From Paragordius varius (taxonomy: Eukaryota; Animalia; Nematomorpha): a DNA stretch of 64,000 nt. Shown in pieces: positions 1 to 13,763 of the stretch (the stretch's first letter is position 1; the number at the start of each line of letters is the position of its first letter). Made by a program: the position numbers and the translations under genes. Location of the stretch: the NCBI GenBank assembly GCA_964247055.1, contig OZ176051.1:7068001-7132000 (forward strand), written 5' to 3'. The notes beneath the pieces were generated by a model, which was not told the DNA's origin, did no database searches, and saw only the letters and a list, made by a program, of their open reading frames with translations.

Positions 1-311
1 TGTGTTACATTAAACCTTACAACTAACCTATGCAATTAATGATGATATACTTAATCTTTGAATAAATATAAATCTGATGAGACTGTTATAACTAATGCTC
101 ATAAAATCGTTAACTGATTGTTAACAGTAAATAAATTTGAAATCAAGTTTACTAAGGAATTGTCCAATATTTTAAAATATACAATAAAACTTTGCTATGA
201 TTTTACAATTCTATGTCTTAAAAAGCCGTTAAATAAAATTGTACAATAAATTATTATATATGTTTTAAGTTGTAAAGATAGAGCTAAAATTTATCATTTT
301 AACATTTTAAC

Positions 312-3300
312 CTGGCAATCCCGGAGGTCCGGGTAATCCTTCGGGCCCTTGGGGACCCATTGGTCCTTGGACTAATTCCCCTTGGCTTGGAGGACCAGGT
401 GGACCCTTTATTTAAAGAGAGAGATTAAAAATAATTGTTTGCAGAATTTCGCATAAACATAAACGACTGAACTTATGTGCATTTTAATTTTTGAAACAAT
501 ATTTTACCCATTAGTGTGTTGTTTGTTTGTATTATATTGTACATATTATGTATGAATAAACTTACTGGGGCTCCTTGTGGACCAGGTCGACCTTCGAATC
601 CTTGTTCACCTTTAGCTCCCTAAAATTATTTGTAATATAAAAAAATTCTATTAAATTACTAATTTTGTAGCAAAATATACCATTTACAATTCAATTTCAC
701 CCTTAAACAATTCAATTTCACCCTTGAACAATTCAAATTCACCCTTAAACAATTCAAATTCACCCTCGAACAATTCAAATACACCCTCAAATAAAATATA
801 AGTTTTTTAAGATTAAAAAAACATATATTTCGTATTAATAATTAGTTATATGAGTTCGAAAACACGTAATTTATTTTTAGGGTGAATTTGAATCGTTTAA
901 AGGTGAATTTGAATTGTTCAAGGGTAAATTTGAATTGTTCGAGGGTGAATTGTTCGTGAATTTCAAGGGTGAATTTGAACTGTAAATGGTAAATATATTT
1001 AATCTTCCAAAGTTTTAATCTTCTAAACTTTTAAAAAGCAATCAAGAAGTATTTATAAAATGATTACCGGTCTCCCAGGCATACCAGGTGCACCAGGATA
1101 TCCAGATTCTCCTTTGGGACCTTTTTCACCCAATGGCCCGATCGGACCATCTCTTCCTCGTTTACCCTAAATAGGATAAATACTTGCAAACCATACAAAT
1201 ATTAATTACAATAGATTTAAATCGTCTCCGACTTTCGAAAAGTATTACTTTTTTTTCATGCAGAGTTAAAACTAAGAAACGTAAACCTAATAAAGACAAA
1301 TATTAATATTATAGGGATGACAATAACAAATGTAATATAAAGATGATCACATTTTTTTAAACATACTTATAACTTAAATGATAATAATTTAACGTGTAAT
1401 TCAAAGTTCCAAATTTCAATATATCGCAACCCCAAACGATAGGTTACATTAGCAAATAACTAAGTTTTCAAATGTGTGGCTGTCTTTATAAGTTAAAATA
1501 ATATTTGTCTTTATAATTTTAATTTTTACTTTAAAAAAATAGGCTGTAAAAAAACTTACCCGTTTACCAGCTGGTCCAGGTAATCCCTTTTCCCCAGGAA
1601 GACCGGGGAGGCCAGGAATTCCATCTTTTCCTGGTCCGCCGGGGTAACCAGGTGCGCCGGCATCTCCTTTTTCGCCCTAAGTTTAATTATTTTAAAAAAA
1701 ATTTATCATAGATTGTACATATCAATTTACATGTGAAATACATACATGATGTACATTTATACTGGCTTATTCACATTATTGTTAGTCAATTTGTAATGCA
1801 GTAGCGTGTGTTGGAAAAGAAATTGGGTCCATAATTATAAACAAAGTTATGTAAAGAGAGAGAGCGAAAAATTGTTTAATTTCAACATTTAGTTGTTTTT
1901 TTCCATACAATACTGTATGTATGTATTGTCAATCGACTAACTATAATGTGAATAAACCAGAATAAATGTACATACATGCTAAATAATGTAATTCGTCAAA
2001 CCTTTCAGCACGAATTATATATTATTAATAAATTAATTTGTACCCAAAATTATGATACTAATTGTTGCAAAGATTATAGTATATGTATATGATTGTTAAC
2101 AATTATTTGTACTTGATTTATCACATCGATAATAATATATACTTTAAATGTTCTTGACAAATATAATAGTTAATTAATAACTAAGTCATGTTTGTTATTT
2201 TAAAATAGTATAAAAATCAGATTGAGATTATTTTCACGAGGTGATGACTTCTGGAAGTCACATGCCGCAAAATTTTTGTGCTTTTATTGGAATCGAGGAG
2301 GCAAATGGATAATTAATTAAAAATTATTTTTAACATATAATGTATATAAAAACTGGTGGGTAATTTTTATTTTTTTAGGAATCAAAATGGGATTTATACA
2401 ATAATATTTTATTATTTTTAAACTCTCTCTTATCATATTGGGGGAATACTTGTAGGATAATTCTAGTTATAAATTTGGGTTATTTGATAATATTTATTAA
2501 ATATTTTAAGATTGCGTTGTTTTATTTTATTTTCGCAAATTTGGATTTCAAAACGATGGATAACAGTTTAGTTTCAATTAGAAACTAAATATTTCATCAA
2601 ATCAGACAAAAGATTTAATGATATATTTAACTTTTAAGGTAATATGAATCCATTTTAAAAGATATAGATAGCTCCCTTTGTTTGTTTCGACACAAAATTG
2701 TTTGTAAATGATGTGATGGTGTTAGATCGTCGTAAAATAACGCATAGAAAGATAATTATTAACAGAAATTATAAACGATGTGTGAAACCCTTTCGTCAAT
2801 AGTAATTGCAGACTAGTTTCGTGCTTGTCACACTCATTAGTACGACACAACTATTTGACTTAGAGTTTTCACATTCGTATATATATCCAATTTTGCAATT
2901 TTGGTATAAATGCAGTCGGTTATACGAATTTAAATTAAATTTAATTGACATTTGTGAAAATTAAACTGAAAATTTGAACTGAAAGACAGTCAACATATAA
3001 AAATTTTACGGCATATGACATTCATCATCACACCCTGGCCAAATATCCTTTTTTACACTCGGTATAGAATTGTATTATAATTACTAAAAAACTTTATTTT
3101 AGCACGCCTTGATAGTATATTAGCAGTAGAAAATTGCTTTTTTATCTCATTTCACTTACTTTCATTCCCAAATCTCCCTTGTCACCACGCACAATTTGTC
3201 CCAAGGAAGGTTTATCAATACTGAGCGTTCCGGGGCGACCAGGTAAGCCGGCTGGGCCTGGCTCTCCTTTTTGACCTTTGGGTCCTTGAAAACCGGGTCC

Positions 3301-6300
3301 TAAGTTTCCCTTGTCACCTTTTTCACCCGGGGGTCCGGGGTAACCGTAAGGACCAGGATCGCCTCTATCTCCCTTTTCGCCTGGGAACCCAGGGTTTCCT
3401 GGTTGTCCCTAATATGTGTGTATGACAGAAACAGATTATCAAAAATTTTGTAAATTATCGAAAAAAAAATTTTTTTTTGTCAATAAGTTATCAGATAGTA
3501 TGCCAATAAATTGAGGACAAACGCTAAATGATCATTAAATTTGAGTATGAGAAGAAACTTATCAAAAAATTTTTCGAAGAGCTATTAGTTAATACTAGAA
3601 ATAATCTACCAAATGGTCATTTAATTTGACTATGCGAGAAAATTTTAATCCAAAAGATTGGTGCCTTAATGATGACTTTTAAATTAAAAAAAAATTAAAA
3701 AATATTTGGTCAACGCTAATGTGTAATGTTTAATTTTTTTAATTTTTATATAAACTTTCTTTTGTGTTGTATATCGAAATTCATAATAATATATTACAGG
3801 CATAGATATAAAAAGTCTTCTTTACGTATGTTGAGAGATAGGTCACATCTGTTTCCTTTATCCGTGTTTTATAATATGTAAAATAATGTTCCTATTTGAT
3901 TTAGAAAGTTATATAACTTTTTATACCACAATATTAAGCGAGCGAATGTAGGTTTTAATGATATTTTATAAATCACATAAAAACTGTTAAAAGATTAACT
4001 TATGTAGTAAGTGTATATATAGGATAAAATTTACCTATCAATATTTGCGCATAATCTTAAGCCTATTTTCAACTAACTTTTAAGTAAAAATAATTTATAT
4101 TCGAAAATTAGAAAGATTTTAGTGAAAAGAAAAAAATCAATTTTTAGAAGATTTATTTTTTATTTTTTTCTGTTTTAACTTCCTGTATTTGATGTGAGGC
4201 GGTTAAGTAACATATATATTATATTATTAGTAATCGATTCAAATATTTTTTTTCATAAATTATTTTTTGGAAAAAAGATTCTAAAATAATACACATGTTA
4301 TTACCATTATTTTGTTTATATTAATATTATTATAATAAAATTTGTTCGAAATTTTTCGAAAAAAAAATCATTAAGTTATTTTTATACTTTTATTATGCAC
4401 ACTCTAACTATACAAATCCTAAGTAAGCCTGCACAATAAGTTAAAACCACACACATACATATATTATTTTGTAGAGCCATATGAGCAATGTTCACAAAAT
4501 TTAGATAAGATTTTTGGTAAAAAAATTTCAATATTATATATCGTTTTTTTTCGATTATTTTTTTCATTGTTTCGTAATGCAAAAAAGCGAAGATGAACAT
4601 ATTCGGGCCTTGAAGAATTTACTGCTGCACACATACATAAAATTATCATCATACTTACTTTCGTTTATCCTCAAATATTTTTTACAAAAGTATAAATAAC
4701 ATATAATAACATTTTTCCTGCAAAATATATAATATATAAAAAAAACTTCAATAAATAATTATAAAAAATCTGTGTTGAAGGTTATTTTTGATACGATAAA
4801 TTGTTATTTAATTTTTTTATTATTATTTAAAAAGATAAAATAATAATTTAATAAATTATTAAAATGTAAAAAATAGTATTTATATGAAAAACTTACGGGC
4901 AAACCATCTCTACCAGGGATTCCGCTTTCGCCTTTAATTCCAACTGAATTTATGCCTCCTTCACCGGGGTCTCCCTAAAATATTTATTTATTTATTATAA
5001 AAAAAATAGATATATATATTAATATAAAATGTTAATAAAATAAAAAAATTGAAGTAATAAAATTATTTCGATTTTTTTCAAATTTAAGAAAATGATTTTA
5101 CCGGCAATCCGGGGGCTCCATCTCTCCCAGGTAAACCATTAGCCCCTGGGGGCCCAGGTGCGCCAGGTAAACCAGGATGACCCTATCAACAAAATAAAAT
5201 TTTTATTTTATAAATTAAGAAAAAATAAATCTTTAAAAATTATTATTGATAAAAAATTTTTGTATTAAAATGAACAAAAAAATATGATTGATTATAATAT
5301 ACGTACATCTGTTCCATTGCATCCATCCATGCCTGGGGGTCCACGGGGTCCTTCTAACCCAGGCAATCCCTAAATACATATCATCATCATAAAATTTCAT
5401 CAATCAAAAACACATTTTATAAAAAATATTTTATTAAAATAGAAGAATTTTTTACTGGAATTCCGGGGACTCCTGTAAATCCAGGCATGCCTGTTATACC
5501 CTAAACGATATAAATAGCGTGGAGTTGTAAGTTTGAGCAAAAAATATAAAAATAAATGTGCATATAAATTTTAAAACCTTTTTTTTCTGAAAATATGATT
5601 CGAAAAATTTATTATACCCGTAATCCCTTTGGGCCCAGGGCTCCATGTTCACCAGTTTCACCCTTTAATCCATCTGGCCCGGGAGGGCCTTCAGGACCCG
5701 GGAAGCCAGGTAGGCCTGAAACGCCTTGTAGCCCAGGCAAACCTATTTCTCCCTTGACACAAAAAATATATAATTTTCAATCTTTCTCAAAGATAAGGAA
5801 TAAAAAATATTTATTGTTTTGAAATAATTCAAATTCAATCAAAACCATGTATTTCGTAATTTTTATCGAAGAAAACTGATACTCCCAAATTATAAGTAAA
5901 AAGTATGGTGTTATGTTTTTCAATTCTATAATTTTCTATATATCACTTGTTATCATAAATGATACTATCATACATTATTAGGAGATAATATAAATTTTTA
6001 ATTGTTCAAATTATTGCCATCAAAGTTACTTAAAAATAAATTTTAATTTTCAAATTATGAATTTGGATAAATATAAAACTTTTCAAAATTTTTAAAAAAA
6101 ATACAATTTTCACAAAAAATATTTGATAAAAACGTAATTACATTCCTTATATTTAAACAAATTTTATAAAAAATTACCCTTTCACCCTTTTGGCCTTCGC
6201 ACCTACACCATTCGGATCCGGTGCAACCTTCGCATGCCTGTAAATATTAAAAAAATAAGATAATAATTATTCGTAAGTTCTTAATTTTTCAATCGCTCTT

Positions 6301-7824
6301 AATGACAAAAATCAAATTTATCTTTAAACAAATCAATTAATTACTCTGCTAAAGTTAACCTGCGTTTAATAGGAATTTATGTTTTTTTTGTAAAAACCAA
6401 ACACAAAATACAACTATGAAACTTCGAAAAACCCAAATCTTTCAAAGCCGCTCTTCACGACGTATAAGGTTATGAAAAACTCAATTTTAAAAACACTTTT
6501 AACAGAAAGAAATATTTGTGAAACCTAATTTAAAAAATTTGAAAATAGCCGAACCAATCAAAGAAAATCGAAATGGTAATTGGAAAAAATAGGGCTCATT
6601 TTTGGCATGAAAAGTTGTTTATCATAATTAGTAATTAATGATATGAAAAAGCTATTTGTTACTTATGTTACATAATAATTTGGTTTTAAAATATTGTTTT
6701 AAACTAAAATATCCAACCATATGGAGGATGTGTAACTTATTAAATCTAATTCTAGAAACTGATTTTGATCTCCATGTTTTTGTTTGATGAGGAAACGTTA
6801 CTTTTCAAAAATATTTTATAGAATCGTTTTCAAATGTGGTGTGGTTTTTTAAAGTTTTATAATAAGTAAGGATGTATTCTCTCGTGTAAAAGTTTAATAA
6901 AGTGCAAAAACCATTTATTTCATTTAAATGATTTTCAGAAAGTTTATAACAATTAAAATATAACCAACCAACTCCATAGAATAAAAATATCAGTGCAAAC
7001 TGAATATTTATAGAACTTTAAAAAATAATTATAAAAGGCTCCCTCCCAGCCAGTCATGTGTTTTTCTTATTACAGCGAGATAATTGGTATTATTGGTTTT
7101 GTTTTAAATGTAAATAATATCAGTCAAGTATATCCGAATCAAAATTTTGTTTTTTTAAAATAACTGTGTCAGGCAAATCTTTAAAACCAGAAATTTAAAT
7201 TTCTTTTTTAAGATTAAAATAATGAAATCGCTGATTGCAAAAATACATTTATATTTACATAACTTCTAGGGCAAACTTAAGGTTTTTGTCCTCCCCCCCC
7301 CTTCAAAAAAAAAACCAAAAAACCAAATGAAAAACAATAGAAAAAAACTATAAACGGTCTCTATTATGCCGGGAACTCATATAGTTCCGTATACAAAAAA
7401 ACAAGTTTACCTTTGCATCCACATGTGTTGTGTTGATTAAGACTAGTAAGAGAAGGGCAATGATTGAGATAATGTATAAAGGCGATTTGCGTACATTGCT
7501 AAAATTAAGGCTGGAAAATGCTGTGAATGGGGACAGGCCCAACCAATTTCTGTCTAATACCACCATATTTCGTTGCTTTTTTCCGTCGCGATTGTGTCGT
7601 CGACTGATATTTTTATCAATTAAATTTTTGATAGGAATGGAATTTTTCGTAACAAATGCGTTTTGATGTTGTTCAATAATACTAATACTTGATTTTTTGC
7701 TGGGTGTTAAAGTAGGTGCATTGTCTATTCTTGTATTATTATAATAAGTACTGTCAAATTTATTTGTAGTCAAGTAGTTATGTTTAATACGAGTCCGATT
7801 ATTTCCAATAGAACGTATACCCAT
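312..7824 (-). CDS. COL4A1: Type IV collagen alpha chain (alpha1-like), 5' part; gene continues beyond the left edge
   Basis: Exons (minus, all GT-AG and phase-consistent): 7824-7411, 6237-6178, 5752-5618, 5500-5456, 5369-5307, 5182-5102, 4974-4897, 3408-3160, 1676-1560, 1166-1068, 619-566, 405-312. Translation: hydrophobic segment ...[21 protein letters not shown]|[21 protein letters not shown] (7S Cys cluster), [13 protein letters not shown] (7S end motif), [15 protein letters not shown], and interrupted Gly-X-Y. These are collagen IV hallmarks. The alpha1 versus alpha2 assignment is less certain because the NC1 domain is outside the window. Confidence 0.93.
676..996. mobile_element. Foldback-like non-autonomous element, family A copy 1 (in collagen intron)
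   Basis: Left arm TATACCATTTAC followed by about five 21-bp units AATTCAAATTCACCCTTAAAC (688-790). Right arm is the inverted array (GGGTGAATTTGAATTGTT, about 878-980) ending GTAAATGGTAAATATA. Confidence 0.8.
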
Positions 7825-8689
7825 TCCCAGAAAACTTTATCATTAATTGTGTAAAAAGGATATCGAAAAAATATATCCGCTAAGTTACGATATGTGATAA
7901 ATTGTGATCGGGATCGAAAAGGCGTATTATTGACTCTGTCAAATAATGGAATATTTATGAGCGGTGCCGGATCTTTATATCTTTATTTTTTTAGGAGGTG
8001 ATTGAGTCTAAAAAAGAATAAGTATAAATTAAGTAGACTTATTCGTCTTTTATATGCATAAAGTAATGGAAAGTTAAGGAAAAATATAGATATATTTACC
8101 TTGAATAACTAATTAAATTAAATATTATGAGATTATCCAAAAATGAAAATGAAATCTTCAACTATATTACAACTAAGGATGCTATGATAGAGCAAGATGA
8201 TAGATAATAAAAAAAATTAAATTTTTTACAAGAGCAAACAACTAAATTCCTCTTTCTGACTATATACAATGAAGCTGGCTGGTTTGGTTAATTTACGTAA
8301 TGTGAAGGGAAAATGTTGCAATGGAATAAACAACAGAACATATATTGTATATTAAAGATTAATACTGTAAAATTATTTTCTATTATTTTTTTCCGATTTT
8401 ATTTTTTTAAAAATTATTTTTATTTATCATTGTTATTCTTATAACTATAGTTAGTTTCTTAGAATAAGTAAAATAAATACATCAATAAAGAATTGATCGG
8501 TTGAAAGAAAAATATTGTAAAAAATAATTATAAGCGTAGTTTAGAAAACTTAATGTATTTTTTCATAAAAACGTGAAATTCAGTCATAACTTATCTAAAA
8601 TAGTTGGGCTTGACCGGTAAGGCAAAAATGTAACAAAATAACTGTGATCGTTTTATAAGTTACAAGTCAATTTTACCAAATGCATTCGC

Positions 8690-9888
8690 AAATCATTACC
8701 GGTTTAACTTAGAGAAGACGTGAGCGAAAACGCAGCCGATTAATTTGATACGACGCCATTTTCATTTGACATAAACAGATAATCACTCACAAATTAATGA
8801 ATCGTTAATAACTCCTGTAAAATAAATGAATTAAAATAAAATATTTCGGATCTTACTGATCTTTTGTATATAAAAAAATGAATTATTTATAAATAAAGGG
8901 TCAGTACGATTCGTATTTTATTTTGATAAATTTTTAATTCTACACGAGCTATTAGCAATTTATCTATAATTTAAAACTCGTTCTCAAAATCTTAAACTGA
9001 CAAATTGAGTCGGTCAATAACTACCTTATTATTTTTTTCATTTGTTATGTTAAATTTTTCTAAAAAAGAATTTTCGGTACCAATTCCTTTCCTTATTCGT
9101 TCATAAGAAAAAGTGTGTTAAAAGTAAACGTTGGCTGTATGATGAATAGGTTTATCGATTAAAATTGTAAAATCTGGTTTCAAAAATTTAAAAGTTATGA
9201 TATCAATGTGAAATTAGTGTGCTGGTAACGACATAGAGCAGACGTTAAACTGTAAGAGTTGAATGATGACCCAAAATATCTCAACAGTTGGCAGAAGTAT
9301 TACATATACGGGCATTAAGAGCCAACATTTTGCATCGAATTGTGACGTATTAAGAGTGGCTTTGTGTGAAAATACAAAACATCGTGGCTTTATCTTGCCC
9401 CAAGCCATCATCAAGGCCATATAGCTTAGGCAAGAAAACCATGGTTTGCGTTTGGTGGAAGCAGGTATGATATGAAATTCTGAAACCCGGATTGATTTAA
9501 ACGAGCGTTTATCGAAAAATCATCGGAATGAAGAAGAATGAGTACTCTGGCTACATGACAACTTCAGCAAAACCAGAAACGCACCTTAAGATCACTTCAA
9601 TGAGTAATTTTTCCGCATCTGACAAACTCTCCTGACCTAGCGCTAGAATTTAACGTCTTCGCATCAATGGGGTACAATTCTGCCGAGCAGAATTTTAATA
9701 ATTTCGAAGGCGTTAAAAAATGGCTTGACAAACGGTTTCCCGCAAAAGAATCAATTTTTCTGGCATGACAACCATTTATTACATGGATGGGCCAGATGTG
9801 TGGAAGCCGACACAATATTTTGAATAATATCAATAATTCATTTACCTTCAAAACATATATATCGGTAAAGACCTATGACTAAACCTAT
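8690..9888 (+). mobile_element. Degenerate mariner (Mos1/mauritiana-like) transposon, pseudogenised
   Basis: Frame fragments WFQKFKSYDINV (about 9175), CVWW...YEILKPG (about 9445), WLHDN (about 9550), and PHLTNSPDLALEFNVFASMGYNSAEQNFNNFEGVKKWLDKRFPAKE (9613-9750), which resemble the Mos1 C-terminus. Right TIR-like ATCGGTAAAGACCTATGACTAAACC at 9861-9885 matches the TIR of the copy at 35.25 kb. Left boundary is approximate. Confidence 0.85.
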
Positions 9889-11093
9889 TATATCAGATGA
9901 CTATTTATAATACATTTTTTATAGCAGATAAATTTTTAATTTTGCTATAAATAATATAAATTAATTCTTTTATTGTCATTTTTAAATAACAAGTTTCACA
10001 ACGGTCATAGTTTATAGGTGTTCAACACGCGTCCTGCATTGCAAAAAAAAATAAAAGATAATCTTAGCGTAGTTGATGCTCTTTAAGCAAATTTTGTGAA
10101 AAAGTCTATTCGATTGCCAACCAACTTGAAACATTATAATGTGTTTGCATTTACCAGTTTCGTTAGAAACTTTTAGATTTAATGACTGCTCATATATATT
10201 TCAAAAGCAGACAGCCAGTTGTTTTAAGTCAAAAATACGGCCCACGAAGACAATTGAATGCTCCTATTTTAAAGCGTCAAAATCCTAACTCTATATATAT
10301 TTTCGAAATAATTATTATTGATCATAAAACCCTTAATATATACTAGATAAGGGTTTGTAAATATATTATTTTGAATTAATGAACAAAATTTTTTAAAAAA
10401 TCTATCACTATATTAACATTAATGTACCTTTTATATATGTCCGCTTTTACATAAAATAAAAATGTTTTTAACATTCACCTGTTTTGCTGTTAAAACTTAA
10501 AAAATGATACAAATCCCGCATTTAACCGTACATAAAAGGATTGTATTAAGTGAAACTGTATTATATACATATTCTTGTTTATATACCGAATCCAGTGTCG
10601 TAAATTTAATTATAAATGTCATACTTTGAATAAATAAATATAACTACAAAAAAATTGACCTGGTTTTATGGATAATTTTGAAGAGTTATTTTAATTTATG
10701 ATGATATAAATATCTTAGCATAAACTAAACTATACATGCATTTGATGAATCAATATTGGTACGAAATAAATTATTTTTACACAAGGGCAAATAAACTACT
10801 TAGTGTTGTTTTTCCGGAATGAAACAAAAATTTGTGTTTTTTTCTAAAATATATTGTTTTTGTGCGATTAGGAGATTAAAAACCAGAAACTTCTGTTGAA
10901 GATTATATAATTTTAAAGCTAAATTGCACAATGTAAAGAACTTAAAATAATTCTAGACTATACTAATTATAAAATTGGATCAATATATAATATTACGCGC
11001 ATTTTAATCAAATGTTAAACTTTTTAGGGCTATTTTTATCTAAAATATGTGAATGTTTTCAATGTACTCAAAGACTTGTGCACAGGAGTATTA

Positions 11094-11263
11094 AACTGTG
11101 TGCAAAAAAATTTAAATTAAGTATTTTTTAATGAGATAGCTTATAACCAGCGAAAGTTCGTCAACAAATAAAATTTTTTTTGGCAATGAGTTCGCTGGTC
11201 AAAGGCTACCTCATAAAACAACATTTTTGTTAAAAAAATCAACCCTCTTTTTTTCACACAGTG
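11094..11263. mobile_element. MITE (about 170 bp), related to the CACTG-TIR element at 35415-36518
   Basis: Ends AACTGTGTGCAAAAAA and TTTTTTCACACAGTG. Internal inverted pair GAGATAGCTTATAACCAGCGAA / TTCGCTGGTCAAAGGCTACCTC. GTCAACAAATAA and GAGATAGCTTAT motifs are shared with the right arm of the 35.4-36.5 kb element. Confidence 0.65.
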
Positions 11264-13763
11264 GTATATTTAAAAAATGCATGATTTACCTGAAAAAAAT
11301 ATTGACAAAAATATATTTTTAATGAATCATTATATTGTTTATGAAACAAAACTTCACAGTAATAAACATTGTGATTATTAGTTAGGTATTATAAAACATG
11401 GGTGTCCAACACAAATATATTCGCGGCTGATCTGATAATTTTTGGGTTTTTTATATTTATTTTGAGCCCAATTTTGGATGATATATCTTCTAAATAATCG
11501 TAAATTTTTGATTAAAATCCAATTTTTTATTTTTTTAACTTTTTTAGAACACTTTTGCGTACCAAAAAAGCATCTTGGACATCTCTGTTTTAAAACGATC
11601 GAAAAGGATTTGTTTTGCTACATACATTGCGCACGAAATCGGGACTATTAAAAATTTAGATGATATATAAATATATATATTTGTATAGTATCAGGCTCAT
11701 GGTTCTTTTGGTTTTCTTCGGCTTAACGAATGGCATAAGAAAATTTACTCTTTTGTGGTAATTGCTCCATATCAATCGGAAAAAATGCAGACATTTTACT
11801 AAATTAATTTTTTTGGTGAAACCTAATACATTACAAAAAATATCCTTAATATGATATACAATAAAAAGTAAAACAATATTCATATAAAATTTTATTTTTA
11901 GATGTGTAATAAAGTCTCAAATTTATATCCTCTTAAAAATGGAGTTTTTTATGATAAACGTAAAAAACCATGTTTTTAAAAGAAAATTTGTTCAAAAATT
12001 TAATTTTGTTGGTTTACTTTATACTATTTTGAGGCATGGCGGAAACGGTACAAATATAATTTTATGATGCTGAACATTTGTATTACCTCAGAATTTTGAT
12101 TCAAATATTCATTCGTCTTCAAAGTCATGCTATAAATTGTCTATTTTAAAAAATTCACCTCAATTTGAAAGCATATGAACCTTTAATTCTTAAATTATAT
12201 AGAATAAGCGTTTATATAATATACTAATGTGATTATACCGTTTCCACCATCAAAATAATATTAAACTCGCTTTATAAAAATTTACCTATCCATTTTTTTT
12301 GGTAATAAGCAACCTTTTTCGATATAAAAACTTAGCAAATATTTATAATTTTATACCACAATCTCGGTCCGCCCTCATTTTAAAGTACTTGTTTTGGACG
12401 GATACAAAAATTAAACTTTCAAAGCCCACATCTAAAATTTAATCATATGCTTGGCTTTTTTATGTAGTTTATGATTTTTTATTTTTGAAATGCATTTAGA
12501 TTGGGTCAAAAAATTTTGTTTAACTAAATCGGATATTTTTGCTTACTAATATGGAGCAGTTACCACAAAAATCTACTTTATTAAATCATTGACAGGGGCC
12601 AAAACAAAAATCACCATTATAACCCTGATATATTTTTCTATCAGAATATATTATTTCTTAGGATTATTTTTTGTAAATACTGTGTATATTAGTGATTTCC
12701 AACGAGATAGCATTTCTAATAACCATAATCATTTGTTTAACTAATGGGCTTCATATTTGTTTAAAGCCTCTTAAATTGAATTTTCTTATTGCAAATAAAA
12801 ATTATTTTAAGTGAGTATTAGTCATCACTCAAGATACAACGGTTCAAATATTAGAAGAATGATGAGTTTCAAATTTTACGGTTAAATTTGCCAAAAAGCC
12901 TTTTTATAAAAAAAAGCTTCGATAATTTTGGCATATTTACAATTGGTTTGGGTAGGTTTTTTAAAAAATCTTTTTATGTTTTTCTTTTGAATACGAATCT
13001 CAATATTACTATGTGTTTTTAAATTCGTAACCATCATATTGGGCTCAAATAAAGTTTTCCATGGTCATAACCAATCCTGATACAAATAGTGTTTTTGGAT
13101 CTTTCATTAATTTTTACAGTCAAAATTGTATGCAGACAAATGGGCGAAACAATAAGAAAAATGTTTCATACAAAGAGATCCATTCTATTTACCTTGTTTT
13201 TAAATGTAGGATCAATAGCACCCTCAATATATATTTACAAATTGTAATTTGTAGAAAAAATTAAGTTTTGAAAAAGTGTTGCTGTCGATTTAACTATAAT
13301 TTTGTTTTGATGTTAAAGTTTTGTCTGTATAATTATTGTACTGATTTTAACTAGCCATAAAATATGTTTATTGCTGCAAATCTTTGCATTTATGCTCTTG
13401 AAATATGCAGTCCACACCGGTCTGGCCCAAATTATAATAGTAACCTCATAGTGTCAACCATAAATATTAAATTAAACTTTTAGCAAAATTTTTTTAATGG
13501 ACATTCGTTAAAATTAACGGATAAGAATGCGCGAAGGACTGTTAATTTATTTGTAATTAGGGTTATTCAAAAATCAGTTTTTAAAAAAATCTTATACATT
13601 TTTTTACAATTTTTCAGCTTATTTACTCAAAAAATCAAATCATCAATCAATTATAATAAAAGATTGAACATTATTTTTAAAACTATTTTAATTTGACCCG
13701 GCTGATACAACATTTCTACCGTATAAATATGGTCCAAATACATTATTATCCAGACCTATTGTA

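Noticed and set aside
4382-4699. Short ORFs in the collagen intron, and similar ORFs at 7430, 11656, 13061, 24098, 24498, 33266-33942, 35999, 36940-37216, 41413 and 44964
   Set aside because: They are low-complexity, intronic or antisense to real exons, with no recognisable motifs.
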